A stretch of DNA of 63,758 nucleotides from Bacilli bacterium (lineage in GTDB: Bacteria; Bacillota_I; Bacilli_A; ML615J-28; CAG-698). Location: the NCBI GenBank assembly GCA_035377365.1, contig DAOSSK010000001.1:5599-69356 (forward strand), given 5' to 3'. The notes beneath the pieces are model-generated. The model did not search any database and was not told the DNA's origin. It saw only the letters and a program-made list of their open reading frames with translations. The position numbers and the translations under genes were made by a program. Shown piece after piece: positions 17,566 to 26,477 of the stretch; position 1 is the first letter of the stretch; every line of letters starts with the position of its first letter.

Positions 17566-18951
17566 ATGAATGTTATTCAGATTATCGCATTAGTGCTGTT
17601 TTTAATTATGTATGCATTAATGTTAGCGTTTAGTGAGAAAAGACCTTATATTACAAGTGGAGCTGCAATAATATTTATCATCTTGATGATAGTTAACTTT
17701 ATTACAAATCAAGATCATACATTTTTAGAAGCTGTAGATGCAACAGGAGTTCAGGCCTTTACCGACTTTAGCTCTTGGAACGTACTCTTGATGATAGCAG
17801 GTACTATGGGAGTCGTCGCCTTCTTTATTGAATCAAAGATGCCAAGTTTAATGGCCGATGTAATTATCAATAAAGTTCCTAATGTAAAATGGGCAATTGT
17901 AGGTTTATCTTTATTTTCCGGTTTAGTTTCTGCGTTTATTGATAACGTAGCTACAGTACTAATGGTTGCACCTGTAGCCTTAACAGTATGTAAGAAGTTA
18001 AAAATTAATCCAGTGCCAAGTATTATCGCAATTGCGATTTCATCTAACTTACAAGGTGCTGCAACTTTAGTAGGAGATACAACATCGATTCTATTAGCCC
18101 AACAAACCAATATGAACTTTGTAGATTTCTTCTGGATGAATGGAAAACCAAATCTATTCTTCATTGTTCAAGCAGGAGCTCTTGCATCAGCGTTTGTTTT
18201 ATTATTTGTATTTAGAAAGTATACTCAACCTTTAGAACAAGTAGAAAAAACTAAAGTTAAAGATTATTTCCCTTCATTCTTATTATTAGGAATTATCGTT
18301 GCTTTAATTATTGCATCATTCTTTACTATCCCAGTTCCTTGGTTAGATAGTATGAAAAATGGTATCATTTGTATTACAATTTTCTTAATTGGTTTTATTA
18401 GAAAACTTATTAAAACAAAAGATAACAAAAAAGAAGTTTCTAAAGAAGCTGTTAAATCTTTAGACTTTGAAACATTAATTTTATTATTTGGTTTATTTAT
18501 CGTAGTTGGTGGTTTAGGTGCTTTAGGTATTATTGGTAAAATTGGAGAAGCATTCAATAGTATCGCTAATAGTTTAAATATGAGCCCTAATGCAACAATC
18601 TTCGTTTTATATACAATTATCGTATTTATCTCAGTAATCATTTCAGCGTTTGTAGATAACATACCTTATGTGATGACAATGTTACCTGTAATTACCGCTT
18701 TACTTCCAGGTTTAGGTTTAGCCCCTGGAGATAATAAAGCATATCTATTATACTTCGGTTTATTAATCGGCGCTACTTTAGGTGGTAACATTACACCAGT
18801 TGGTGCAAGTGCTAATATTACAGGTATCGGGATGTTACGTCGAGAAGGTCATGAAGTTAAAACTGGTACTTTCATGAAAATCAGTGTTCCATTCACTTTG
18901 GTTGCAGTGTTAACTGGTTGGGTATTATGTTTCTTAATCTGGGGTCTATAA
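17566..18951 (+). CDS. ArsB/NhaD (ion transporter superfamily) permease
   Basis: 461-aa polytopic membrane protein with internally duplicated halves and motifs such as AFIDNVATVLMVAP / AFVDNIPYVMTMLP, typical of the ArsB/NhaD/CitMHS-like fold. The substrate cannot be assigned. Confidence 0.65.
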   Translation: MNVIQIIALVLFLIMYALMLAFSEKRPYITSGAAIIFIILMIVNFITNQDHTFLEAVDATGVQAFTDFSSWNVLLMIAGTMGVVAFFIESKMPSLMADVIINKVPNVKWAIVGLSLFSGLVSAFIDNVATVLMVAPVALTVCKKLKINPVPSIIAIAISSNLQGAATLVGDTTSILLAQQTNMNFVDFFWMNGKPNLFFIVQAGALASAFVLLFVFRKYTQPLEQVEKTKVKDYFPSFLLLGIIVALIIASFFTIPVPWLDSMKNGIICITIFLIGFIRKLIKTKDNKKEVSKEAVKSLDFETLILLFGLFIVVGGLGALGIIGKIGEAFNSIANSLNMSPNATIFVLYTIIVFISVIISAFVDNIPYVMTMLPVITALLPGLGLAPGDNKAYLLYFGLLIGATLGGNITPVGASANITGIGMLRREGHEVKTGTFMKISVPFTLVAVLTGWVLCFLIWGL

Positions 18952-18965
18952 TAAGATAGAATATT

Positions 18966-18992
18966 AAAGAGCTTAATATTAAGCTCTTTTTT
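18966..18992 (+). terminator. Intrinsic terminator after the permease gene
   Basis: AAAGAGCTTAA-TA-TTAAGCTCTTT forms a perfect 11-bp stem followed by a T-tract. Confidence 0.8.
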
Positions 18993-19020
18993 ATTTTACA
19001 ATCCTCTTATAAATCCTAAA

Positions 19021-19049
19021 TTGACAAATATAGCAGATAGTGTTATAAT
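19021..19049 (+). promoter_or_regulatory. Consensus sigma-A promoter (TTGACA-17-TATAAT) of ktrBA
   Basis: TTGACA is at 19021-19026 and TATAAT at 19044-19049, with an exactly 17-nt spacer. The ORF-track TTG start at 19021 is this -35 box. Confidence 0.7.
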
Positions 19050-19074
19050 ATTTACCATAATAGAGGACAAAAAG

Positions 19075-20406
19075 ATGGAAAAAAAGAAAAAAATTTCGCC
19101 ATTTTTAATAATTATAATAAGCTTTGTTTCAATAATTTTAATTGGTACAATTCTTTTATTACTGCCTTTTGCAACAAAAGAAGGAATTAAACTCGGATTT
19201 GTAAATGCATTGTTTATGGCTACTTCTTCTGTTTGTGTGACAGGCTTAGTACCAACTGCAACTTCTGTTGCTGATACTTATACTATGTTCGGGCAAATTG
19301 TAATCTATGTCTTAATTGAGATTGGTGGCTTAGGGTTTGTAAACATTTCAATGTTTGTTTTATACCTTTTAGGATTAAGAATTAATCAAGCAGACCGCTT
19401 CTTATTAAAAGAGGCGCTAAACTTAGATTCTACAAGAGGTATTTTAAAACTTCTTAAGGCTACTTTCTTAATTAGTTTTTGTATTCAACTATTAGGAGCT
19501 ATCGGAAATTTCTTTATCTTTAGAAATGATTTTCCTACTGACAAAGCAATTTGGATTAGTATCTTCCATGCTGGATCCGCTTTTAATAATGCTGGTTTAG
19601 ATGTCATAGGAAGTAGCTCTTTAATGCCATATAAAGGACATCTTTTATTAAACTTAAATACGATGGCTTTAATCATTTTAGGAGGAATTGGATTCATAGT
19701 AATATACGAAATCTTCTTGTATCCTAAAACAAAAAGACTATCTATTCATACAAAAATTGTTTTAAAAATGACCTTACTATTACTAGTTCTAGGTACCATA
19801 TTATTAAAAATTACTGAAGGTAGTGCAATGACTTGGTTACAAGCAGCGTTCCAAAGTACAACTGCTAGGACAGCAGGTTTTAGTACATATGACTTTTCAA
19901 AAATTTCGCTTCCTGGAGCTTTAATCTTTTGCTTCTTAATGTACATAGGAGCATCCCCAGCCGGTACTGGTGGCGGTATTAAGACAACGACTTTCTTTAC
20001 TGCTGCAAAATATATTGGTTCTTTTGCAAGAGGAACAAGACCTGTTACTCATAATCGAGAAATTTCAAAAGATTCAATTTCAAAAACTTTTGTCTTGATT
20101 GTACTTTCAATTGTTTATCTAGCGATGATTGTTTTATTTGTTTCAGTTATTGAACAACTAAATACTGCAAGCGAAGATGCTGATTTAATTAAAATTATGT
20201 TTGAAACATTATCAGCCTTTTCTACTGTTGGTAACTCTGAAGGTATTACACCTACATTACATTGGGTTAGTAAAATATTAATTTCAGCTACAATGCTTAT
20301 TGGCCGTTTAGGGCCAATCACAATTATCAGTTTATTAAATAAACGTTGGAATAAAGAAGGTACAGAACCTGTATCTTATTTAGAAGAAAAAATCATTATT
20401 GGTTAG
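19075..20406 (+). CDS. ktrB: Potassium uptake protein, TrkH/KtrB family membrane subunit
   Basis: Polytopic protein with repeated pore-loop-like segments (VCVTGL, NNAGLD, RTAGFST, STVGNSEG). The ATG at 19075 has an AGAGGA SD, and the gene is followed by ktrA. Confidence 0.8.
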   Translation: MEKKKKISPFLIIIISFVSIILIGTILLLLPFATKEGIKLGFVNALFMATSSVCVTGLVPTATSVADTYTMFGQIVIYVLIEIGGLGFVNISMFVLYLLGLRINQADRFLLKEALNLDSTRGILKLLKATFLISFCIQLLGAIGNFFIFRNDFPTDKAIWISIFHAGSAFNNAGLDVIGSSSLMPYKGHLLLNLNTMALIILGGIGFIVIYEIFLYPKTKRLSIHTKIVLKMTLLLLVLGTILLKITEGSAMTWLQAAFQSTTARTAGFSTYDFSKISLPGALIFCFLMYIGASPAGTGGGIKTTTFFTAAKYIGSFARGTRPVTHNREISKDSISKTFVLIVLSIVYLAMIVLFVSVIEQLNTASEDADLIKIMFETLSAFSTVGNSEGITPTLHWVSKILISATMLIGRLGPITIISLLNKRWNKEGTEPVSYLEEKIIIG

Positions 20407-20417
20407 GAGATATAAAA

Positions 20418-21080
20418 ATGAAAAAAACTATTGCTGTTTTAGGCTTAGGTCGCTTTGGCTTAGGTCTTGTAGAAGAATTAAACAAATTAAACGTTGATAT
20501 TATTGCCATTGATATCAATGGTGCTAATGTGCAAAAAGCTGGAGAGTTTGTAGAAAATGCCTTTATTTGTGACTCTACAAACGAAGATGCTTTAAGGGAA
20601 ATTGGAATTGAAAATGTTGATCATGCTGTTGTAGCTTTTGGTTCAAACTTTCAAGCAAGTCTAATTACTGTTATTACCCTAAAAGAAATGGGTGTAGAAA
20701 AAATTACTGTAAGAATTGATGATGAGAAATATGCTTCTGTTATGCAAAGAATTGGAGCAACAGATATCATCATTCCTCAAAAAATTGCTGGTATTCAACT
20801 TGCTAACAAATTAGTATCTGATAGCTTTTCAAACTACTTCAACTTATCTGAAGAATATGTTGTTGTTCAACTATCAGTTAATATGACAATTAAACCAGTT
20901 AAACTAAAAACATTAAATGCTAGAAATGTTTTTGGCATTAACTTGCTTTTAATTAAAAGAGTAAACAAACACTTTTCTCCTACTGGGGACGATTCAATTT
21001 TACCAGGTGATGAAATATTTGTTTTAGGAACAAAGAAAAACATTCATAAATTTGATCAACATATAAATGAGAGGGAATAA
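20418..21080 (+). CDS. ktrA: Potassium uptake protein, TrkA/KtrA regulatory subunit (RCK_N + RCK_C)
   Basis: 220 aa with a Rossmann start IAVLGLGRFGLGL and a C-terminal RCK_C-like region. It has a TAGGAGA SD. Confidence 0.8.
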   Translation: MKKTIAVLGLGRFGLGLVEELNKLNVDIIAIDINGANVQKAGEFVENAFICDSTNEDALREIGIENVDHAVVAFGSNFQASLITVITLKEMGVEKITVRIDDEKYASVMQRIGATDIIIPQKIAGIQLANKLVSDSFSNYFNLSEEYVVVQLSVNMTIKPVKLKTLNARNVFGINLLLIKRVNKHFSPTGDDSILPGDEIFVLGTKKNIHKFDQHINERE

Positions 21081-21081
21081 T

Positions 21082-21528
21082 ATGAAAAAAATATTTTTAA
21101 TCTTTGTTTTATTATTGGGTGTGTTTCTACTAACATCTTGTTCTTGCTCAAGTGATAAAAAAACTTATACTTGTTATGAATATACGGAATCAGTTAAATA
21201 CAAAAATACTAGCAAATTTGTGACTTTAGATATGTTAGCAACCACATATAAGGAAGTCAAGCTATACTTAAATTATCAAGACCACACTTTTAAAAGAGTA
21301 AGTAAATTTCAAGATGAAGTTGCAGATGAAATCTATACTGGAACTTTTGAAGAAGGAGAAGATAAATTAACCTTTAACTACGATAGTGATATCAAAAAAC
21401 ATTTTGAAAATGAATGGGGTAAAGAAGTATATGTCTTTGTGGGTAACGAGTTACATATGAGACTTGAAAGAGGCACAACAGCACCATCTGGTACTGTTTG
21501 GGGTCCTATCGTAATGAAATATAAATAA
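21082..21528 (+). CDS. Small lipoprotein of unknown function
   Basis: Signal peptide with the lipobox LLTSC. The ATG at 21082 has a GAGAGGGA SD, 1 nt after the ktrA stop; the ORF-track start at 21067 lies inside ktrA. Confidence 0.55.
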   Translation: MKKIFLIFVLLLGVFLLTSCSCSSDKKTYTCYEYTESVKYKNTSKFVTLDMLATTYKEVKLYLNYQDHTFKRVSKFQDEVADEIYTGTFEEGEDKLTFNYDSDIKKHFENEWGKEVYVFVGNELHMRLERGTTAPSGTVWGPIVMKYK

Positions 21529-21530
21529 AT

Positions 21531-21564
21531 AAAAAACACATTAGTTATTCTAATGTGTTTTTTT
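21531..21564. terminator. Bidirectional intrinsic terminator between the lipoprotein gene (+) and ribU (-)
   Basis: AACACATTAG / CTAATGTGTT forms a 10-bp stem with a 5-nt loop, flanked by an A-run and a T-run. It includes the ribU stop codon. Confidence 0.8.
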
Positions 21565-22315
21565 GTTCTTCAGTTTCCTCTATTACTTCCAAAACTTCTT
21601 TTTCTGTAAACTCGTGTACTAGTGGTGAAATTCTCTTATAAACTAAGAAAGTAATTATATTTATCATTATTGATAAAAGCATATTAAAAGGTAATGCTCC
21701 ATAAAGTAAATACTTACCCATATAGTTATCTTGATTAACACCAGGAATTACACTAATCATTTCAACAAATGTCTCTACATCACCATTAAAGTATAATTTG
21801 ATATATGTTGGAATAATAAAAATATAATTAATAATGACAGCTGTTATTATCCAAGCAATACTACTTACAACTAAGGAGATACTGGCTCCTTTTTTTGTTC
21901 TATATTTTTTATAAATAATTGCAGCCGGAATAACTGAAGCAAAGCCAATAATTAAATCAGTTATTTCCCCTACATATGCTGAATTAGTTGTTAAAATTCC
22001 AAATAGAAATCTTAAAATCAATATTCCAATTGCTGATACTGGTCCTAAAGTAAATCCACCTATTAAAATCGGCAAATTAGAAAAATGAATTTTTAAAAAT
22101 GGGGGAAAGAAAGGTAAAGAGAAATTAAGCTGATATGCTATTACCGAAAACGAACTAAAAATTGCAATCAAAATCATTATTCTTAGTTGATTTCTTCTTT
22201 TACCCAAACTTGGTTTATCTTTTTCTTTTTTGTTTTTAATCAAAGCTCTAATAATTAATGCTACTAATAAAGCAATTGATACACTTATTAAAATAATTTT
22301 TAGAGTCTGATTCAT
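21545..22315 (-). CDS. ribU: Riboflavin transporter, ECF-type S component (RibU family) with an extra N-terminal TM helix
   Basis: The core aligns by eye to RibU/YpaA (…NFSLPFFPPFLKIHFSNLPILIGG…), and an FMN riboswitch lies immediately upstream. A GGAGG SD 5 nt before the ATG at 22315 supports the long form. Confidence 0.8.
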   Translation of the reverse strand: MNQTLKIILISVSIALLVALIIRALIKNKKEKDKPSLGKRRNQLRIMILIAIFSSFSVIAYQLNFSLPFFPPFLKIHFSNLPILIGGFTLGPVSAIGILILRFLFGILTTNSAYVGEITDLIIGFASVIPAAIIYKKYRTKKGASISLVVSSIAWIITAVIINYIFIIPTYIKLYFNGDVETFVEMISVIPGVNQDNYMGKYLLYGALPFNMLLSIMINIITFLVYKRISPLVHEFTEKEVLEVIEETEEQKNTLE

Positions 22316-22327
22316 GTTACCTCCAAT

Positions 22328-22500
22328 AAAAAACTCGTGAAAATCCTCACGAGCAAAAAATCAATCTAACTCAATAGACCCCTTCTTTCGTCTAGACTAT
22401 ACTATCGGTTTTGGAATTGCACCAAATCGCGTCTCTAAATTAGAAACTCGTGGACTTTTACCACCGGTCGGGAATTACACCCTGCCCTGAAGATTTATTC
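22328..22500 (-). promoter_or_regulatory. FMN riboswitch (RFN element) with intrinsic terminator
   Basis: The minus strand reads AUCUUCAGGGCAGGGUGUAAUUCCCGACCGGUGGUAAAAGUCCACGAG...GCGAUUUGGUGCAAUUCCAAAACCGAUAGUAUAGUCUAGACGAAAGAAGGGG, which are the RFN hallmark blocks. The terminator CUCGUGA-GGAUUU-UCACGAG plus U6 is at 22328-22353. Confidence 0.9.
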
Positions 22501-22509
22501 ATATAGATT

Positions 22510-22538
22510 AGTATACATTATTTTTTATTGTTTGTCAA
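22510..22538 (-). promoter_or_regulatory. Predicted promoter (TTGACA-17-TATACT) of the FMN riboswitch-ribU unit
   Basis: The -35 is at 22538-22533 and the -10 at 22515-22510. The promoter overlaps the 3' end of the upstream ABC permease gene. Confidence 0.55.
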
Positions 22539-23760
22539 ATAGGATTCGTTCACTTCTAAACGCCCTTACAAGTAACATTACAATTACACCAATAAAGACT
22601 ATTGATGAACCAACAGTTGCAAGTCCATTTCCAACTGTTAATTTAAATGAAATCAAATCGCTTAATAAAACATTTAAATTAAAGATAGGTACAAAATATT
22701 TCCCAAATCCTAAACCTAAATCTGTTGATGAAGCAGCAATTCCTAACATGATACAAACGATATATAAAGGCATCGCATAACTTGCAGCTTGTTGTGGATT
22801 CTTTCCTAATGTTGAACAAATTAAAACTAAAATTGATACTGTAAAAGCAATAACAATTATGATAAGTAGTAACATCATATAATCACTAAAACCATATCCT
22901 AACTCTGCTGTTAAATCAATACCAAACATATTTTCACCACCAACTAAAGTACTTGATAGCATACCAATAAATGAAGATGCTGCTACAAGTAAAGATAAAA
23001 TACTAGTTGATAACATCTTACCTATAATAATTTGTTCCCTACGAACAGGCATCATTAACAATGAAGCTAAAGTTCCTCTTTCTTTTTCTCCTGCTATTGC
23101 ATCAACACCAATACCCAATGTTCCAGAGAAAATAATAATCATTAACATCATAGGTAACATCATGGCAAATATCATTGTGTTTTGAGTAACTTCATCTAAA
23201 ATGCTTTCCATTTGATAAGTAAAGATCTCTGTTGTTTTACCTACACTACTTAACTCTTGATTAACTAAAAAGTTTTTATAAGCGGCCATAAAATAATATA
23301 AAGCCTGTGCTGTTGGTGCTAAAAACTCATTTTGATCATTATATAATATCTTAACATTTGGTAAATCTTCAGCTGGTGTTTCATTAGTAACAGCTACTGC
23401 CTTGTTATAAAAATCTTCATCAAAAACAATAATTATATAATGTTCATCATCTTTCATTTTAGCCTCTAACTCAGCTCTTGTATATTCATAGTCAGAATAA
23501 ACAAATGTAAGTGAAGTATCTAATAACTCATTTTGTGATGCATATGTTTGAAATTCAGTAAAACCTGTTGGTGCTTCATAAACATAAACTATTTTCTCTT
23601 TATCTTGTTCTTTATCAATTTGTCTATTGATAATTACAGAAATTGAAGTATACACTAAAAAGAAAATAAGTCCAGGTAGGAAAACAGTAGTAAATAAAGT
23701 TCCAGGAAATTTAAAAACTTTATCTAAGTCTTTTTTAGCTATTGCCCAAATCTTTTTCAT
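22525..23760 (-). CDS. ABC-2 type transporter permease (NatB-like)
   Basis: 411 aa with an N-terminal TM helix, a large extracytoplasmic loop and a C-terminal bundle of about 5 TM helices, as in the ABC2_membrane_3/NatB layout. Its start overlaps the ATPase stop (ATGA at 23757-23760). Confidence 0.7.
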   Translation of the reverse strand: MKKIWAIAKKDLDKVFKFPGTLFTTVFLPGLIFFLVYTSISVIINRQIDKEQDKEKIVYVYEAPTGFTEFQTYASQNELLDTSLTFVYSDYEYTRAELEAKMKDDEHYIIIVFDEDFYNKAVAVTNETPAEDLPNVKILYNDQNEFLAPTAQALYYFMAAYKNFLVNQELSSVGKTTEIFTYQMESILDEVTQNTMIFAMMLPMMLMIIIFSGTLGIGVDAIAGEKERGTLASLLMMPVRREQIIIGKMLSTSILSLLVAASSFIGMLSSTLVGGENMFGIDLTAELGYGFSDYMMLLLIIIVIAFTVSILVLICSTLGKNPQQAASYAMPLYIVCIMLGIAASSTDLGLGFGKYFVPIFNLNVLLSDLISFKLTVGNGLATVGSSIVFIGVIVMLLVRAFRSERILFDKQ

Positions 23761-24533
23761 TGTGCTCCCTCCTCTTGATATAACTTAATAAATACTTCTT
23801 CTAAATCTTTTGAAGGAACAGAGTCTAAAACTTTATCCAGTGTATCGCAAATAACCATTTTTCCATTAAAAATTAATCCAACACGATCACACAACTTTTC
23901 TACAAGGCTCATAATATGTGTGCTTATAATTATTGACTTCCCTTGTTTTTTTAATTCCAATAAATAATCAGTCACAATCTTCGCAGTATAAACATCTAAT
24001 CCATTAGTTGGCTCATCAAATACAATTATATCTGGTTGATGAACTAAACTAATTGCAACTGAAACTTTTTGTTTCATACCTGTAGATAAATCACCTATTT
24101 TAGTATCACTAAATTCATTAACTTCAAAACGAGTAAATAAATCTTGCTTTCTTGCAGTTGCTATATCTTTAGGTACATCATGTAAGTTAGAATAATAATC
24201 AAATAAATAGTTTGGTGAAAACTTGTCTTCTAACTTCAATTCACTAGTTAAAAATGCTAGTTTCTTTTTAATTTTGAGTTCTTCGGAAATATCAATTCCC
24301 TTAATTGTGATTTTACCAGAATCTGGTTTAATTAAAGTTGAGATACAACGAAGAGCTGTAGTTTTACCTGCCCCATTAGGCCCAACTAAACCAAAGATTT
24401 CCCCTTCGTAAGTAGTAAAACTTACATCATTAACTGCAACTTTTTTCTTGTCTTTAGTTTTTAAAGTCTTCATTTGTTTTGGTGAAAGCTTAAACGTCTT
24501 TACCAAATTCTCAATAACAATTACTTCTTTCAT
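23757..24533 (-). CDS. ABC transporter ATP-binding protein (NatA-like)
   Basis: Walker A GPNGAGKTT, signature LSTGMKQK and Walker B IIVFDEPT. The preferred start is ATG 24533 (AAGGAGAA SD), overlapping the miaB TGA as ATGA; the ORF track extends to 24560. Confidence 0.85.
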   Translation of the reverse strand: MKEVIVIENLVKTFKLSPKQMKTLKTKDKKKVAVNDVSFTTYEGEIFGLVGPNGAGKTTALRCISTLIKPDSGKITIKGIDISEELKIKKKLAFLTSELKLEDKFSPNYLFDYYSNLHDVPKDIATARKQDLFTRFEVNEFSDTKIGDLSTGMKQKVSVAISLVHQPDIIVFDEPTNGLDVYTAKIVTDYLLELKKQGKSIIISTHIMSLVEKLCDRVGLIFNGKMVICDTLDKVLDSVPSKDLEEVFIKLYQEEGAQ

Positions 24534-25957
24534 TTTTGCAATTCTCCTTTCAAATGCCATGTATATGCTTTAGTAATCTTAACATTTGCAATCTTTCCAA
24601 TCAAAGATTTATCTCCGTTAAAATTAACTAACTTATTGTGTTCTGTATATCCAGATAACACTGATTCATCTTTATCACTAAATCCATCTACCAATACTTT
24701 TACAATCTCTTTTTCAAATCTTTTGTTTCCTTTTAAAAATCCTTGGTTGATTTCCTCATTTAACTTAAGTAGTCTTTCTTTAGCCTCTTTTGGTAAAACA
24801 TTGTTTTCATATTTAAAAGCTGGAGTCCCTTCTCTTTTAGAAAAGATAAAAGTATATGCCCCTTCAAACCCTGCCTCTTTAACTAAAGATAAGGTATCTA
24901 AAAAGTCACTTTCAGTTTCATTAGGAAAAGCTACAATAATATCAGTAGTTAAAGAAATTCCTGGTACCGATTCTCTTAACTTCGCAACTTTTTCTAAATA
25001 GATTTCTTTAGTATATTTGCGGTTCATCTTCTTTAAAATATCATTACTTCCTGACTGAACAGGTAAATGTAAATGCGGCATAATATTAGGATACTTACCC
25101 ATAACCTCAATTGTTCTTAAATCTAAATCACGAGGATGAGATGTAGTAAACCTAATTCGGGGAATATTAGTCTTAGCTATTGCTTCAAGTAAATCTCCAA
25201 AACCAAAATCGCCATCATTATAAGCATTTACGTTTTGACCAAGTAAAGTGACTTCTTTATATCCTTCTTTAACTAAAGCTTTTATCTCCTTTAAGATATC
25301 TTCTTTCTTCCTTGATCTTTCTTTTCCTCTCGTGTAAGGAACAATACAATATGTGCAAAATTCATCACAGCCATACATAATATCAACCCAAGCTTTAATC
25401 TTATGATCTCTTACTTTAGGCATCCCCTCAACAACATTACCTTCAACTGAAAAAACTTCAATAACTTTCTCCTTATTAATCAAAATTCTTTCTAGATATT
25501 CAGGTAACAAATTAATATTATGAGTTCCAAACACTAAATCAATTTCTGGATGTTTTGTCTTTAAAGTATTAATTGTTGCTTCTTCTTGAGGCATACAACC
25601 ACACATACCAATTATTAAATTATGATTTGTTTTCTTTAAACTTTTAATTCTTCCTATTTCCCCAAAAGAGCGATCTTCTGCTGTTTTTCTAACTGCACAA
25701 GTGTTTAATAAAATTAAATCTGCTTCTTTTTCCTCTACTGTTTCTGTAAAACCTAAATGATTTAAAATTCCTCTTATCTTTTCACTATCAGATAAATTTG
25801 CTTGACAACCAAAAGTCTTAAGTAAATAAGTTTTCCCTTCTCCCAAACCTAAAACTTTAGGATTAAATGCAAAATTAGAATATTCAATTTCATCTTTAGT
25901 TCTCTTACGAGCACAACTTAGAGATGGTTCAATATATTTATTATTTTCTTTTCTCAT
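24530..25957 (-). CDS. miaB: tRNA (N6-isopentenyl-A37) 2-methylthiotransferase
   Basis: 475 aa with a UPF0004 N-domain (TFGCQANLSDSE), the radical-SAM CDEFCTYCIVP motif and a C-terminal TRAM domain. Confidence 0.9.
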   Translation of the reverse strand: MRKENNKYIEPSLSCARKRTKDEIEYSNFAFNPKVLGLGEGKTYLLKTFGCQANLSDSEKIRGILNHLGFTETVEEKEADLILLNTCAVRKTAEDRSFGEIGRIKSLKKTNHNLIIGMCGCMPQEEATINTLKTKHPEIDLVFGTHNINLLPEYLERILINKEKVIEVFSVEGNVVEGMPKVRDHKIKAWVDIMYGCDEFCTYCIVPYTRGKERSRKKEDILKEIKALVKEGYKEVTLLGQNVNAYNDGDFGFGDLLEAIAKTNIPRIRFTTSHPRDLDLRTIEVMGKYPNIMPHLHLPVQSGSNDILKKMNRKYTKEIYLEKVAKLRESVPGISLTTDIIVAFPNETESDFLDTLSLVKEAGFEGAYTFIFSKREGTPAFKYENNVLPKEAKERLLKLNEEINQGFLKGNKRFEKEIVKVLVDGFSDKDESVLSGYTEHNKLVNFNGDKSLIGKIANVKITKAYTWHLKGELQK

Positions 25958-25977
25958 ACGTAAAGTATATCACAAAG

Positions 25978-26006
25978 ATTATATGTAAACAAGTCGTGTA
26001 ATGTAA
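25978..26006 (-). promoter_or_regulatory. Predicted promoter (TTACAT-17-TATAAT) of miaB
   Basis: The -35 is at 26006-26001 and the -10 at 25983-25978, with a 17-nt spacer. Confidence 0.5.
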
Positions 26007-26032
26007 AGATTTTGTATATTATTTTACCTAAT

Positions 26033-26063
26033 AATAAAAAGATAAGAAACTAAGCTCTTATCT
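26033..26063 (-). terminator. Intrinsic terminator after the antiporter/P-II-like operon
   Basis: AGAUAAGA / UCUUAUCU forms an 8-bp stem with an 8-nt loop, followed by a U-rich tract on the minus strand. Confidence 0.65.
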
Positions 26064-26106
26064 TTTCTTTTTAATATTTCTTTAATCGCCTATTAAGAAA
26101 GGTAGG

Positions 26107-26466
26107 TTATTTAGGTTTTTTAGGCGATAAAGGATAAATTCCTGAAACAGGAACAGTAAACATAAATCCTACTGTTTTTTGTCTTGATCTTTCTACAATC
26201 TTTCTCACAGAATTTACTGCTTTTTCTAGTGTTTCTTCATCTGGTATAACTGTAAAAATAGTTTTAGAGTTTTGTTGAATATCTTTAGTTTCAACTTTAA
26301 ATAAACCACCACCTAATAAACCACCAAGTCCATCTCTTTTTAGAATAGCTGCCGCCATTCCTTCTGATTCAATAATAGTAGCTCCTCTAACTTTTAATGA
26401 TACAAACTCTTCTAAAATTTCATCTAAATACGCTAAATCGTTTAATACAATAAATAATACGTTCAT
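26107..26466 (-). CDS. Small P-II-like (beta-alpha-beta x2) signal-transduction-type protein, function unknown
   Basis: 119 aa whose pattern MNVLFIVLND..(helix)..VRGATIIESEG, Gly-rich loop DGLGGLLGGGLF, then TIFTVIPDEE..(helix)..GFMFTVPV resembles the P-II/DarA-like fold. An AGGAGA SD lies 7 nt upstream, and the gene starts 11 nt after the antiporter gene. Confidence 0.45.
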   Translation of the reverse strand: MNVLFIVLNDLAYLDEILEEFVSLKVRGATIIESEGMAAAILKRDGLGGLLGGGLFKVETKDIQQNSKTIFTVIPDEETLEKAVNSVRKIVERSRQKTVGFMFTVPVSGIYPLSPKKPK

Positions 26467-26477
26467 AATTTATTCTC

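Noticed and set aside
19021-19074. An ORF-track N-terminal extension of ktrB starting at TTG 19021 (MTNIADSVIIFTIIEDKK...).
   Set aside because: The TTG is the first base of a perfect TTGACA-17-TATAAT promoter. The ATG at 19075 has an SD and gives a normal KtrB N-terminus.
17751-20321. Minus-strand ORFs of 66-137 aa inside the permease and ktrB genes (17751-18164, 18264-18662, 19485-19697, 19746-19946, 20115-20321).
   Set aside because: They are antisense to well-supported membrane-protein genes. Their hydrophobic, low-complexity translations are typical of the reverse frame of TM-rich genes. They have no initiation signals.
22525-24533. The ABC-2 transporter pair as a bacteriocin or lantibiotic immunity system.
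   Set aside because: No precursor peptide, modification enzyme or two-component regulator lies nearby. The architecture matches generic NatAB-like exporters, so no specific claim is justified.
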